A stretch of DNA of 64,000 nt, from IMG/VR virus record IMGVR_UViG_3300035698_026482, positions 64,001-128,000 of that record; one strand, 5' to 3'. This document shows, one piece after another, positions 1 to 9,321 of this stretch (position 1 is its first letter; each line of letters opens with the position of its first letter). Made by a program: the position numbers and the translations under genes. Origin of the DNA: a virus. The notes beneath the pieces were generated by a model. That model saw only the letters and a list, made by a program, of their open reading frames with translations. It made no database searches and was not told the DNA's origin.

Positions 1-1364
1 ACCTCAACACGAATTAGGTTCGAGCGATTCTCAAAGTTACCGTCGACTCTAATCTTTTGACTAGCGACATTTTTGTCAAAGTCAAAGTAGATATTCATGT
101 CACCAATTGCACGAGCAATATAACGAGCATCACCAGGATCAAGACTAAGTCCTGCAAATCGTTCTAGGACGATTTTGTCTTCGTCGGTATCATTCCAATC
201 ACGAACAAGAAGGTCAAAGCGCCCATAGCGATTTGTACTAATATTGGATTTTGCAATTGACTCGATAGAAATCTTCAATCGCCTATTCGAAAACGCGCCG
301 TCAGACAACGCATGAATCTTGAATAGATTCTTGTGACTGCCACCAAACTTTTGCGAAATAACATATGTTGAAGAAGGTGTTCGGAACCTATCTTCGAAGT
401 TCTCGAAGCTAGGCGCAGTCGCTGATCCTACGTTGCGATCAAGCGCACCAGTTGTTAAGAATGCGACGGGTTGTGAATCACCAGCAACTGCATCTGTAAT
501 AACGTTAGTGCCCGTAACAACTGCCCATTGTGAATGAATATCGTAGCGAGCGTATAGAAAGTGACCAGCTTCCTGTATCTTCGTTGGATCACGATTAAGA
601 ACATTTGCAAAATAATTTGCTGCGGTCGGATCAAATGATGCTGTAATTGCGCGAGGATAGCTGGCATCAGTTCCCTTATGCCCGTTTAGCAACATAACGA
701 ATTCTTCTTTAGCAACGCTATTATTAAGAAGAGTAACTGATCCTGTGATACCTCCGGCGAGACCTGCATTCGCAACAAGGCCAGTCGCAGGTGTCGCTTC
801 ATTTGCTGCTGCAAGCATTGGCACAACCCCTGAAGCGGCCATGATGACACCCCTTAGTGTAGGTGTAGCAGTAGAAACTGCTTGACGCCCTGCTTCGCTA
901 AAGATTGTCGAGCCAGCAGACTCTGACATGTAAGCGCCTAAAAAGTGCACACGTCCTAGTGGACCACCTGCATTTGCGTACGGATTACCACCAGGCGAGC
1001 CATCTGCATCTGGCAATTCAGCACCGACAACGTATCCCGCAGATGCTACGCGTCCTGCGTTGTCACCTGACGTCTCGCGTTTAAGACCCGTGCCGACGCC
1101 TAGAACACGCAGGAACGTAGCAGCCTGTGCATTTCTTAGCCATTCGGCAACCGCAATCGGTCCAAATAGACCGGCATTTCCTACGTCACCGTACTGAACC
1201 TTGAAATCATCAAGTGATGCAAATGTTAGCGGAACGAATGCTTTACCCTGTTGGGCTGTACCTACCACTCCGGCGGGTACGCCAACGGGTACTACATTTC
1301 CTGGTCCTGTAAGGTCTGACTCGGTTAGACCGACTCCTGCGCTTTTGAAGGTTAGTTGAACCAT
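1..1364 (-). CDS. Tail sheath protein, second paralogue (3' end runs off the window edge)
   Basis: Not in the ORF track. Manual translation from ATG at 1364 gives MVQLTFKSAGVGLTESDLTG...VPAGVVGTAQQGKAFVP...FLRVLG...LSDGAFSNRRLKISI...RSNLIRVEV, open to base 1. It is colinear with the 1012-aa sheath (GIIGTAQKGPAFVP, YMRVLG, LDDGAYANNKFKVSI). SD-like GAGAGG lies upstream. Confidence 0.9.
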   Translation of the reverse strand, partial: MVQLTFKSAGVGLTESDLTGPGNVVPVGVPAGVVGTAQQGKAFVPLTFASLDDFKVQYGDVGNAGLFGPIAVAEWLRNAQAATFLRVLGVGTGLKRETSGDNAGRVASAGYVVGAELPDADGSPGGNPYANAGGPLGRVHFLGAYMSESAGSTIFSEAGRQAVSTATPTLRGVIMAASGVVPMLAAANEATPATGLVANAGLAGGITGSVTLLNNSVAKEEFVMLLNGHKGTDASYPRAITASFDPTAANYFANVLNRDPTKIQEAGHFLYARYDIHSQWAVVTGTNVITDAVAGDSQPVAFLTTGALDRNVGSATAPSFENFEDRFRTPSSTYVISQKFGGSHKNLFKIHALSDGAFSNRRLKISIESIAKSNISTNRYGRFDLLVRDWNDTDEDKIVLERFAGLSLDPGDARYIARAIGDMNIYFDFDKNVASQKIRVDGNFENRSNLIRVE

Positions 1365-1412
1365 CTTTTAATATCCTCTCTGTAGTCGCCTATAAACTGT
1401 CTGTACATATGC

Positions 1413-4400
1413 TTATTGTACAAACTGAACTCCTGATGGCGTTACGATGAAATCGATTGCGATAAATTCAACAGCTCTTGTTGGAATCACTATGATTTTA
1501 CCGTTCATCTTATTGGCGTCGATATCCGCCTGAGTGTTGTTGGATTCATCCATGACGACCTTGAATCCCTCAATACCTTGTTGTGCCTGTACCAATCCGA
1601 GCAAGGGTGTGACTTGCGTGACAAATTTTGCACGAGTCTCCACATTATTTTGTTCGAATACGATTCGTCGAGCAATATCCAAAATCAAACGCTTAAGTTC
1701 AAGCATTAGACGACGAACGTTAACACGATCACGAGCCGATTTTGCAAACTGCAGAGTTTTCTGGCCGAAGATTGCAATACCCTCACGTGGGAAGCGCGCA
1801 ACTGGGTTGATGCGTGCCTCATAAAGAATGTCTCTGTCGCCACTATCTAGACGAACATCCAGACCCTTGACAAATTCAAGTGCGCCTCTGTTAAATCCAG
1901 CTGGTGCAAACCATGGATATGCAACGTTGTCATTAAATGATAGTGCTGCAAGGGCCGCAACCGATGACGGAACCTTAACGCGGCGATTATTCGTCACATC
2001 ATCAATCTTCACATCTGGGAAGTATGTTGCAACGTAATTGTTATCAATTGCACGTGACGCAAAATTGTCTGTGGTCTTACGAACATCTGGTTTCGCGGCG
2101 CTGTCTTCGAACAGGCGATTTCCGCTGTCATCGTATTGAACCATATCCATCACGTACATTGCAAGGCCGTAGTCACGCGTGCGTTGTGATGCGAAGTCGG
2201 TGATGAACGAGTCTCTAATACCTGGGATTGCAAGGATATTCGTATTGACTGTCAACTCATCAGTCATGATGCGCGTTGCCGTGCGATAACTGAAGATTGC
2301 GTTATTTGTTCTTCCCGTACCTGCTGGATTAACAGCTAATGACGTTGGGATGAATCCCGTGGCCGCACCGCCGTCTGTATCGGTGGATGCTGCCTTATCA
2401 TTTAGACGATTTGCATCGCTGTCCAAGATGTTAACGCCATCGAATCCGCCTGCCATTGGTGCAGTGAACTTCGTGAAATCAACGAACCTGTTGAATTCAA
2501 CCGAGCTTGTTAGCGATACAAGCGACGCGAACGTTAATCGATTTGTAATTGTCCCATCGGTTACAGTATATGAGGTGCCGTCTGGATTACCGTTTCTGAT
2601 ATATGCCGTTTCAAGCATGTGGGCAGACGGTGAACCAGTTAGGTGACTTATCGAAGTATTTGATAGCGCCACGCGTGCTAGCGTGAACTTGTTATCGTTT
2701 TGATCATCAGCCTGTGATCCCGTAACAGTAACATCAAGTTTTTCAAGACCTTGTAACTTACTGTATGCAATTGCAAGAGCATTTTTCTCTTGTACGCTAT
2801 TCGGATTAAGCGCATTATTATTACGCTCAAGCTTGGCGCCCCAGTAAAGGCGACCATCAACCAACTCCGTTACGCCAGGTGAACCTGCGAACACAGAAGA
2901 ATCAGCTGTACCCTTAGTGACCTTGAATCTGTATGGGAGAGGAGGAACAATTGCGCCAGACAGTGCCGCAGCTGCGCCTAATCCACCACCATTAAATGCA
3001 AGGCGCTCTGTACCGCCGACCTCATCTAATCCTGTGTCATTGGTTTTCAATGCAGCAGGACCGCGGAAGCCGAACGGAAGAATTGATTCAGGAAGCAAGA
3101 GCTTGTCAATACTCGAATTGAGCACGACGCGAACAATGTTTGATTTGTTGGCGAATTTACCATCAATCAAGAGGCGTCGCTCTTGATCATCATCTGCATC
3201 GAAATCATAGCGAACCCTCTTATCACCAATCATTTTGGCAATAAAGTTGTCAGCCTTTGGATTGAGCGTTACCTCTGGGAATTGCTCAAGGATTTCTGGA
3301 TTTTGATCCGTATCACCCCAAGCACGAATTTGAACAGAGAATGTTCCCCAGCTAGACTTAGGATCATCTGATTTACGAACTTGCGCTATCGAAACCTTAA
3401 ACTTGTTATTAGCGTAAGCGCCATCGTCAAGTGACTCGAAGTAAAACAGGTTATGTTCGGTTGTGCCATATGGCTGCGAGATGAACCATGGTGTACGAGG
3501 TGTGGTGTATCTCGTATCAAAATGACCGAATGCGTCTCGGAATGACATCGCTGTGTCACCAGACGTTTGTGATGTTGCCGCCGAACCAGACGCAATTGCA
3601 ATCGCTGCAGGACCAGCAACGACAGATGCAAGTTCATCATCAACGGCAAAATCAAGATAAAGCAAATGCTTTTCTGCGCCAAATCGCTCAGGATCTGTAT
3701 TAAGGATCTTTGAGATATAGTTCGGATTATCTGGATTAAGAGATGCAGACAAGGCGCGAAGACCGCCAAAGCCGTCAGACGTATCATACGTTGCATCGGA
3801 TGATGAAATGATTAGCTTGAATGTGCCAGCTGCATCACTTGTACCCAGTGCTGCAACGTCGTCCTCAGTTTCAAGTGCTGCCACAACGGCGCTGTCACCA
3901 TCAATAATATAAATTCGAGTGTCGTCGGCTGTAAAAATAGCAGCGCGAACAAGCTTGATATCCGAACCTGATCCTAGAGACGTCCCGTAACTGTCATTGT
4001 CGGAAAACATTGGCATTCCGAGCAACTCGTTTGAGCGCAAATCATGTGTTGCCAATAGAAATTGAACGGAGCCAAGATGACCGGCGCCCAGCGTTGCAAC
4101 AGTACCTGTAACAACAAAACCAGCATTGTTGACTTGACCCGTGAGTCGCGTCTTTTCAATGTGATCAAGTGTATCATTAGCGCCTGCGCCCAATACACGC
4201 ATGTAAGTTACGGCGTTCCTATTTTTAAGGAACTCACTTACTGCATATGGGCCGGCCTTATTAGGATCTAGGTCTCCAAACTTTGTACGAAAGTCTGGAA
4301 ATGAGCCAACTGTTACTGGCACGAACGCAGGGCCCTTTTGGGCTGTACCAATAATGCCGGCAGGCGTCCCAATCGGGGCCTGTACTCTTGCGGTCAGGTC

Positions 4401-4451
4401 GATTTCGCGCTCGAAAAATCCTGGTGATCTGAAAGTAAACTCTCTTGCCAT
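1413..4451 (-). CDS. Contractile tail sheath protein (T4 gp18-like), 1012 aa
   Basis: N-terminal SPGFFEREIDLT; C-terminal sheath motifs PWFAPAGFNRG, LYEARINPV, GQKTLQ, DRVNVRRL, PTRAVEFIAIDF. AAGGAG SD at 4461-4466. Confidence 0.93.
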   Translation of the reverse strand: MAREFTFRSPGFFEREIDLTARVQAPIGTPAGIIGTAQKGPAFVPVTVGSFPDFRTKFGDLDPNKAGPYAVSEFLKNRNAVTYMRVLGAGANDTLDHIEKTRLTGQVNNAGFVVTGTVATLGAGHLGSVQFLLATHDLRSNELLGMPMFSDNDSYGTSLGSGSDIKLVRAAIFTADDTRIYIIDGDSAVVAALETEDDVAALGTSDAAGTFKLIISSSDATYDTSDGFGGLRALSASLNPDNPNYISKILNTDPERFGAEKHLLYLDFAVDDELASVVAGPAAIAIASGSAATSQTSGDTAMSFRDAFGHFDTRYTTPRTPWFISQPYGTTEHNLFYFESLDDGAYANNKFKVSIAQVRKSDDPKSSWGTFSVQIRAWGDTDQNPEILEQFPEVTLNPKADNFIAKMIGDKRVRYDFDADDDQERRLLIDGKFANKSNIVRVVLNSSIDKLLLPESILPFGFRGPAALKTNDTGLDEVGGTERLAFNGGGLGAAAALSGAIVPPLPYRFKVTKGTADSSVFAGSPGVTELVDGRLYWGAKLERNNNALNPNSVQEKNALAIAYSKLQGLEKLDVTVTGSQADDQNDNKFTLARVALSNTSISHLTGSPSAHMLETAYIRNGNPDGTSYTVTDGTITNRLTFASLVSLTSSVEFNRFVDFTKFTAPMAGGFDGVNILDSDANRLNDKAASTDTDGGAATGFIPTSLAVNPAGTGRTNNAIFSYRTATRIMTDELTVNTNILAIPGIRDSFITDFASQRTRDYGLAMYVMDMVQYDDSGNRLFEDSAAKPDVRKTTDNFASRAIDNNYVATYFPDVKIDDVTNNRRVKVPSSVAALAALSFNDNVAYPWFAPAGFNRGALEFVKGLDVRLDSGDRDILYEARINPVARFPREGIAIFGQKTLQFAKSARDRVNVRRLMLELKRLILDIARRIVFEQNNVETRAKFVTQVTPLLGLVQAQQGIEGFKVVMDESNNTQADIDANKMNGKIIVIPTRAVEFIAIDFIVTPSGVQFVQ

Positions 4452-4533
4452 CTGGCGATACTCCTTTAGCTTCTCAAGGGAACTACGACATTAAATATGA
4501 GTCCTGTAACCCAAAAGCTACGATCTTGATCTT

Positions 4534-5784
4534 TCAAGGTTTCGTAATTCTCCCCAGGGTTAGTGCCTCAGTCGTTTTGCCAACCCTTTCACCCTTTTTA
4601 GAAACGCAAACAATTCGCGAAAACCTAGGGTCCCCTTCTTTGTGGGAGGCAAATGGATTAAATACGTATTGTTTTGTAACTAGGCCGTCGCCAACGCGAC
4701 CAGACTCAATTCTTCCATCAATACCAACATTTTCAACGTCACTTAATATCAAAGTCGGATCATCAGATCCGATAAGCGGCATTCGTCTTATAAATGATTC
4801 TACTAACGCGTCTGTTTCACAAACCTCAAAATCGATCTTTGGCGCTGACACGTAACTTCTTATTGAGCTTGCTTCGCCAGCGCCCATCGATGCGAGCGTC
4901 CATGCAGGAACCTTTACGGTTATTGTCGACTTGATCAATCGTTGCTGGTTAGTATAATCTTCAAAATTATCACCCGTATTCCAGGTGTCATCAAAATATG
5001 CAACGTACCAGTAGCCCTTGGTCGTTTCAATACGTGCTGACGGTATCTGACCAATTTCATACGCACTTAAAACGCGCTCGATAATTTGGTTCATTTCTTG
5101 AACATAATTTGTCCAGACAGTAATTTGGTAATTTATTGTGAAAAAATCAGGCGCTGGAATAACAATCGTCTCAACGATGTTATCGCCAATTGGGTTATCA
5201 AGCGCAGTTTGTAGTGGTTGTCCGCCCTTATCCCTACGCGATGCGACCTTGCCCTCTTTCGCCAAAGAGCCCGGCGTAGTTAAATCTTGAAGATTTTCTG
5301 ACGACGCTACATTATCTTGATTCTTTAAATTGAATCTGTTTCGTAACTGCTGATAACGGCGATCGCCCTTATGCAAGCGACGCCTAATAATAATTTCACC
5401 AGGATCAACGCCAAAAGCCAAATTAGGCTCAGAGTTTGACGTGATTTGCATTCGCTTAATTGCAATTACAGGTACAATTATAGCCCCGCGCCTATCACGA
5501 ATGGGACGACCAGATTTGGATAATGCAAACCTTTCACCACCAGCAAAAATTGTCGGTACTAACTTAATGTTATTTTGCATTTGAACCTGTAGGTTCAATG
5601 ACTTATCGAAAAAGTTAAATAACGCTTTATCAACGTCCTCAATCGTCGCCGGTGGAATATTGAAGTCATCAGGTATATTATTACCGCTATGTCCCTGCGA
5701 CACGAATGGAACACCCGTCTGTTGTTCAACAAGCGACTCACGCCTATTTGACGTGCCAATCGGTAATTTGCCATCAGTACTCAT
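4534..5784 (-). CDS. Tail completion/terminator protein (T4 gp15-like), probable
   Basis: TIEDVDKAL, PTIFAGGERF, PVIAIKR and INYQITVWTNYVQEMNQIIE segments; position between neck genes and sheath. Confidence 0.6.
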   Translation of the reverse strand: MSTDGKLPIGTSNRRESLVEQQTGVPFVSQGHSGNNIPDDFNIPPATIEDVDKALFNFFDKSLNLQVQMQNNIKLVPTIFAGGERFALSKSGRPIRDRRGAIIVPVIAIKRMQITSNSEPNLAFGVDPGEIIIRRRLHKGDRRYQQLRNRFNLKNQDNVASSENLQDLTTPGSLAKEGKVASRRDKGGQPLQTALDNPIGDNIVETIVIPAPDFFTINYQITVWTNYVQEMNQIIERVLSAYEIGQIPSARIETTKGYWYVAYFDDTWNTGDNFEDYTNQQRLIKSTITVKVPAWTLASMGAGEASSIRSYVSAPKIDFEVCETDALVESFIRRMPLIGSDDPTLILSDVENVGIDGRIESGRVGDGLVTKQYVFNPFASHKEGDPRFSRIVCVSKKGERVGKTTEALTLGRITKP

Positions 5785-5789
5785 TATTA

Positions 5790-6452
5790 TTACTCATCGT
5801 AAAAAGAGCTATCATCATCACGTGAACCAGCCCTTTTAGAAACTTCACGTGTGCCTTCGAGGGGTTCTTCTAAAACGCCCTTGCGAATCAAGTCACGAGT
5901 ATCGCCTGTTTCGCCTTCTTCATTTACAGCGAATCCACGCTGCTGATGAAATGTTTTTTGTGTGGCGTCTTCGTCTGAGAAGCCTTCCCATGTTGGTCCC
6001 AGAATTCTCGCTAGAAATTGATCTTGACGTGCTTGAACACAAGAAAGCTTCACACCCATCTCATATTCAATTTGCCCAAAAACTGTATCGGCGCCGACAA
6101 TGCCTGTAACTTCATAAAAGCTGTCGCCGTAACTAATAAAATCGCCCATTGCGACATTGATTTTCCTGTGAATCAAGTCTCGCGTGTGCAAATAAACTTC
6201 TAACTGTCGAATTGCGTCGTGACCGTGCACACCGGTCTGTAACTCTGATTGGTTCCATTTAACCAATGCTGCAACCTCGATTGGATGATCGAACATCTTC
6301 TGTGGTGCCTCTTGATATAAATCATGAACAAGTGTGCGTGCATAATCAATAGGATAGTAATAGACCTTTTGGCCGATTACATCTTTCATGATTTCGCGGG
6401 CTACGTCATTGAAAAAATCGAGCTCTCTCGACCCAACGAATAATCTAGGCAT
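5790..6452 (-). CDS. Head-tail connector/head closure protein (gp14-like), probable; start revised to MPRLFVG
   Basis: MPRLFVGSRELDFFND...IGQKVYYYPID...GDFISYGDSFYEV. The ATG at 6452 overlaps the upstream TAG by 8 nt, whereas the track start at 6542 overlaps by 98 nt. Identity inferred from synteny. Confidence 0.55.
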   Translation of the reverse strand: MPRLFVGSRELDFFNDVAREIMKDVIGQKVYYYPIDYARTLVHDLYQEAPQKMFDHPIEVAALVKWNQSELQTGVHGHDAIRQLEVYLHTRDLIHRKINVAMGDFISYGDSFYEVTGIVGADTVFGQIEYEMGVKLSCVQARQDQFLARILGPTWEGFSDEDATQKTFHQQRGFAVNEEGETGDTRDLIRKGVLEEPLEGTREVSKRAGSRDDDSSFYDE

Positions 6453-7011
6453 CGTCTGACCAGCTCCAAGTATGTCCGTATGCCGTCTTAGCATTACCCA
6501 TGGCAACGTTGCTAATTTTGCTACCTTGGCCGTCGACGGCATTCGCAGCGTCAGTCAAGGACATATAGGTCGATAATTCGCCTGTTTTAATATTTTTGCC
6601 AACGACGGCCTTACGACCGCGCGTAATTCCATGCATGATGGGCGCGTCGGATTTTTTTGTTTCGTCTCTTTTTCGACCCGTTCCGCCAACGTCGCCGTTG
6701 TATCCTTTTTCATGCGCATTGAATGCGTGAATATGCTTGACCTCTAAAAGGTCAAGCTCTTCATTCGTGCCTAAATGCTGTTCGACAACTTTAAAATCAA
6801 AGTTGCTAAATCCATGTTCACGCATCGCTTCATAAAGCTTAGACTTTTTGCCAGTAACAGCAGCCTTGATGTGTTCACGCCAGCGCGATCCCACAGGACG
6901 TGATGATTTACCAACATAACATTTGCCATCTAATTGGTTTTCAATGCAGTAAATGTAACCATACTGCTGCTCGATAGCAGAACTTGACACACCATTAAGT
7001 ATTGTGGCCAA
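6445..7011 (-). CDS. Free-standing GIY-YIG homing endonuclease with NUMOD1-like C-terminus
   Basis: GYIYCIENQLDGKCYVGKS...RWREH...ELDLLEVKHI...GYN; C-terminal SLTDAANAV...ISNVAMGNAKTAYGHTWSW. Confidence 0.85.
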   Translation of the reverse strand: MATILNGVSSSAIEQQYGYIYCIENQLDGKCYVGKSSRPVGSRWREHIKAAVTGKKSKLYEAMREHGFSNFDFKVVEQHLGTNEELDLLEVKHIHAFNAHEKGYNGDVGGTGRKRDETKKSDAPIMHGITRGRKAVVGKNIKTGELSTYMSLTDAANAVDGQGSKISNVAMGNAKTAYGHTWSWSDDA

Positions 7012-7038
7012 TACAAGATAGTGGATTAAGAACCAACG

Positions 7039-8235
7039 TTATCCTGTAAAGATGGATCCACCAGGCATAGGAATCATGCGTAACATTTTTAGCATGTTTT
7101 CAGCCTTTGCGGCATCTTTCTCTAGCAGCTTATCGTAAGTCGTCTCTTCGAGCAATGATGTTAGACGCTCTTTGATGCGCTCTTGATCGTCGCGCGCCTC
7201 TGTTTTTAGTGCCTCACCGTTAAGCGTAACTTCAGCGCCTGGAATCGGAATTCGATCGGTCTTTGTTCTGATAATTCCTAACAGCTCTTTTGAATATGCC
7301 AACGACATCTCTCGAATGAACTGTTTTCCAATTTCGTTTATTGAAGTATATGGAATAATTCCATACGGGACATTAGAAATACTGCTTACAGCTTGGACCG
7401 ACGCATCAATATCACCACCGGCGCCCGAGCCAGTGCCGGCACCGCCGTCAGCCGTTGGACTTTGGGCAAATGCTACGCGAACGAATAAATTACCGGGTGG
7501 CGACTTAGTAGGCAACGGCATAACACGTATATGTCCGTTACCAAAGATTTGATAGCTGTAATGTGAACGACGTACCTTGAACGATGTCGCCATCTGCTGA
7601 GCGCGTAAAATATCTTCAAATACTGGTAGTACGTAAAAGATAGTCTCGGGTGTGAAGCTTTCGAAAGAAAACTCGTTGTTCAAATAGTTGACTGCCGATG
7701 TGGAATCGAAAAAACGATATGCTGTCGTGGGTGAAAAATGAAACACTTCCATCACACGAAGCCTTTGTTTCGTAGAGTCAGGCTGTGTATCATACACGAC
7801 GCTACCAGATGAATCCAGAAGGTCCGTATGCAGATTGTAATCCTGTACCCCTACAGTCAATGGAAGCTTCCCCAGAACCTGCGTATATGTTCCTCCGAGG
7901 TTCGCATGAACAGCATACGGTGCGGCCTGTCTAAGAACAAATTCAAGCGTATTACGCGGATACAGATTTGATACGTCGATGCTACCCGTTGCTGATCCCA
8001 AATAATTTGTGAGATGTGACTTTGCCTGATATTGGTTAATGATGCTACCCCATTCTGAGGTTGCACGCTCCATACACGTCCAAATTTCTTTTTTGGTTAG
8101 CTCAACCTGCAATACATCGTCGCCAAGCATTCGCTTAACAAAAACGACCATGCCATCCGCATCATTTATGAAACTTGTGTCGGAGTCGTATAAACCAAAC
8201 GCCGTCGGCTGAACCGTATTTGCGAAAGAAACCAT
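7039..8235 (-). CDS. Neck protein (T4 gp13-like), probable
   Basis: VKRMLGDDVLQVELTKKEI N-terminus; KELLGIIRTK...IPIPGAEVTLNGEALKTEA C-terminus; located between capsid and tail-completion genes. Confidence 0.65.
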   Translation of the reverse strand: MVSFANTVQPTAFGLYDSDTSFINDADGMVVFVKRMLGDDVLQVELTKKEIWTCMERATSEWGSIINQYQAKSHLTNYLGSATGSIDVSNLYPRNTLEFVLRQAAPYAVHANLGGTYTQVLGKLPLTVGVQDYNLHTDLLDSSGSVVYDTQPDSTKQRLRVMEVFHFSPTTAYRFFDSTSAVNYLNNEFSFESFTPETIFYVLPVFEDILRAQQMATSFKVRRSHYSYQIFGNGHIRVMPLPTKSPPGNLFVRVAFAQSPTADGGAGTGSGAGGDIDASVQAVSSISNVPYGIIPYTSINEIGKQFIREMSLAYSKELLGIIRTKTDRIPIPGAEVTLNGEALKTEARDDQERIKERLTSLLEETTYDKLLEKDAAKAENMLKMLRMIPMPGGSIFTG

Positions 8236-8240
8236 TTGAT

Positions 8241-8248
8241 ATAACTAT
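8241..8248 (-). promoter_or_regulatory. Candidate late-promoter motif ATAGTTAT
   Basis: 5 nt upstream of the neck gene ATG; the identical octamer occurs at 15487-15494 and 36722-36729. Confidence 0.45.
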
Positions 8249-8259
8249 CCCCGAAGTTA

Positions 8260-8328
8260 TTACAGTTCGTTGATTAGCTTATCAAGCTCGTCGAGGGCAA
8301 TAGCGCTTGGCTTCTTAACGCTTTTCAT
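8260..8328 (-). CDS. Possible 22-aa small protein MKSVKKPSAIALDELDKLINEL
   Basis: ATG begins 2 nt after the stop of 8330..8887 and the ORF fills the intergenic gap; amphipathic helix pattern. Below the track length cutoff. Confidence 0.3.
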   Translation of the reverse strand: MKSVKKPSAIALDELDKLINEL

Positions 8329-8329
8329 T

Positions 8330-8887
8330 TTAATCACGCGTTGCCTGATAATTTACGCCTCGAGGCACCTTCCGGGCGATGTCATCAATTGCTGTTCCTG
8401 GCTCAAAGATTTGTGGCGCGTAGGTTAGCGTTGTTTCAGGCGCCATGGGTGGCTCGGGCTTTATCGGCTTAAACTCGAGTATTCGCGGTTCAACGTTCAT
8501 CCTACTTGAGAAATTCGCGAATCTCCAAAATGGACTCATTGCGACGCCGCCGCCTTCCATCGATTCAAATGGAAACTCGTGCTGCATTAATTCTGCATGT
8601 ATCCACACTCGCTTACAGTGTGCATGAAGATCCTGTGCGGGTAATTGGGCATCAATATTGACTATTTTTTCAATTAAATCAATTTCGATAGTTGCGTCAC
8701 CTACGAATAAAGTGAAGCCTAGCCCATCATTGAGCTTGTAATTTACTTCATGAATATCTGGTGCGGTCGACATGAGTTCTTTTTCTTGTTCATACATATC
8801 CAGCCACAATACTTTAGTGTCTCTCACGACGTCACGTATGTCTTCTAGTGAAGGGAAGTATGTACGTAATAATATACAATAAATCAA
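8330..8887 (-). CDS. Hypothetical protein (start uncertain)
   Basis: 185-aa ORF filling the gap on the coding strand; the annotated start abuts the terminator U-tract, so the true start may be downstream. Confidence 0.55.
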   Translation of the reverse strand: MIYCILLRTYFPSLEDIRDVVRDTKVLWLDMYEQEKELMSTAPDIHEVNYKLNDGLGFTLFVGDATIEIDLIEKIVNIDAQLPAQDLHAHCKRVWIHAELMQHEFPFESMEGGGVAMSPFWRFANFSSRMNVEPRILEFKPIKPEPPMAPETTLTYAPQIFEPGTAIDDIARKVPRGVNYQATRD

Positions 8888-8890
8888 CAG

Positions 8891-8920
8891 AAATAAAAAA
8901 GGGACCCCGAAGGGTCCCTA
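8891..8920 (-). terminator. Rho-independent terminator, copy B
   Basis: Sense AGGGACCC-TTCG-GGGTCCCT followed by TTTTTATTT; 8-bp stem with a C(UUCG)G loop. Confidence 0.9.
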
Positions 8921-8939
8921 ACGCTGTTGGGCTTGCGTC

Positions 8940-9308
8940 TTAAACTTTGATTACTTTGTTGATGATGCTTCTTACAGCTTCACGAATTACAGCTTCATCC
9001 ATGCTGGCGAGTCCTTCTTTATCCAAAAGCTCTTGAAACTTGATTAATCGTGTATTGCTGATCGTGGCTCGCCCAGTACCTGTTTTCTCCCAAAAAACAA
9101 ACTTTGAATTTGTCTGTGCAGGATCAACATCAAAAAAACGCTGCGATTTATGCCCGCTACGATTAAATTGAACTTCGACGGCCCAAGAACCCGGAAATAC
9201 ATCTGAGGGTTTCACAGCTCGTACGCGCATTATGCGATAGCCTGCGTGTTGGCCTGTTAACGCCTGCTCGCCCTTCCGCTTGGTTAGATAGTGGCCCTTG
9301 AGCTTCAT
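8940..9308 (-). CDS. Hypothetical 122-aa protein (start revised to MKLKGHY)
   Basis: ATG at 9308 avoids overlap with 9322..11109; C-terminal MDEAVIREAVRSIINKVI helix. Confidence 0.6.
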   Translation of the reverse strand: MKLKGHYLTKRKGEQALTGQHAGYRIMRVRAVKPSDVFPGSWAVEVQFNRSGHKSQRFFDVDPAQTNSKFVFWEKTGTGRATISNTRLIKFQELLDKEGLASMDEAVIREAVRSIINKVIKV

Positions 9309-9321
9309 ACGCTTAATTACG

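Noticed and set aside
455-667. 70-aa minus-strand ORF in the track
   Set aside because: Out-of-frame shadow inside the real sheath gene (1..1364).
1-8235. Extracellular contractile injection system or tailocin
   Set aside because: Capsid, portal, protease and terminase genes are contiguous with the tail genes, so this is a phage.
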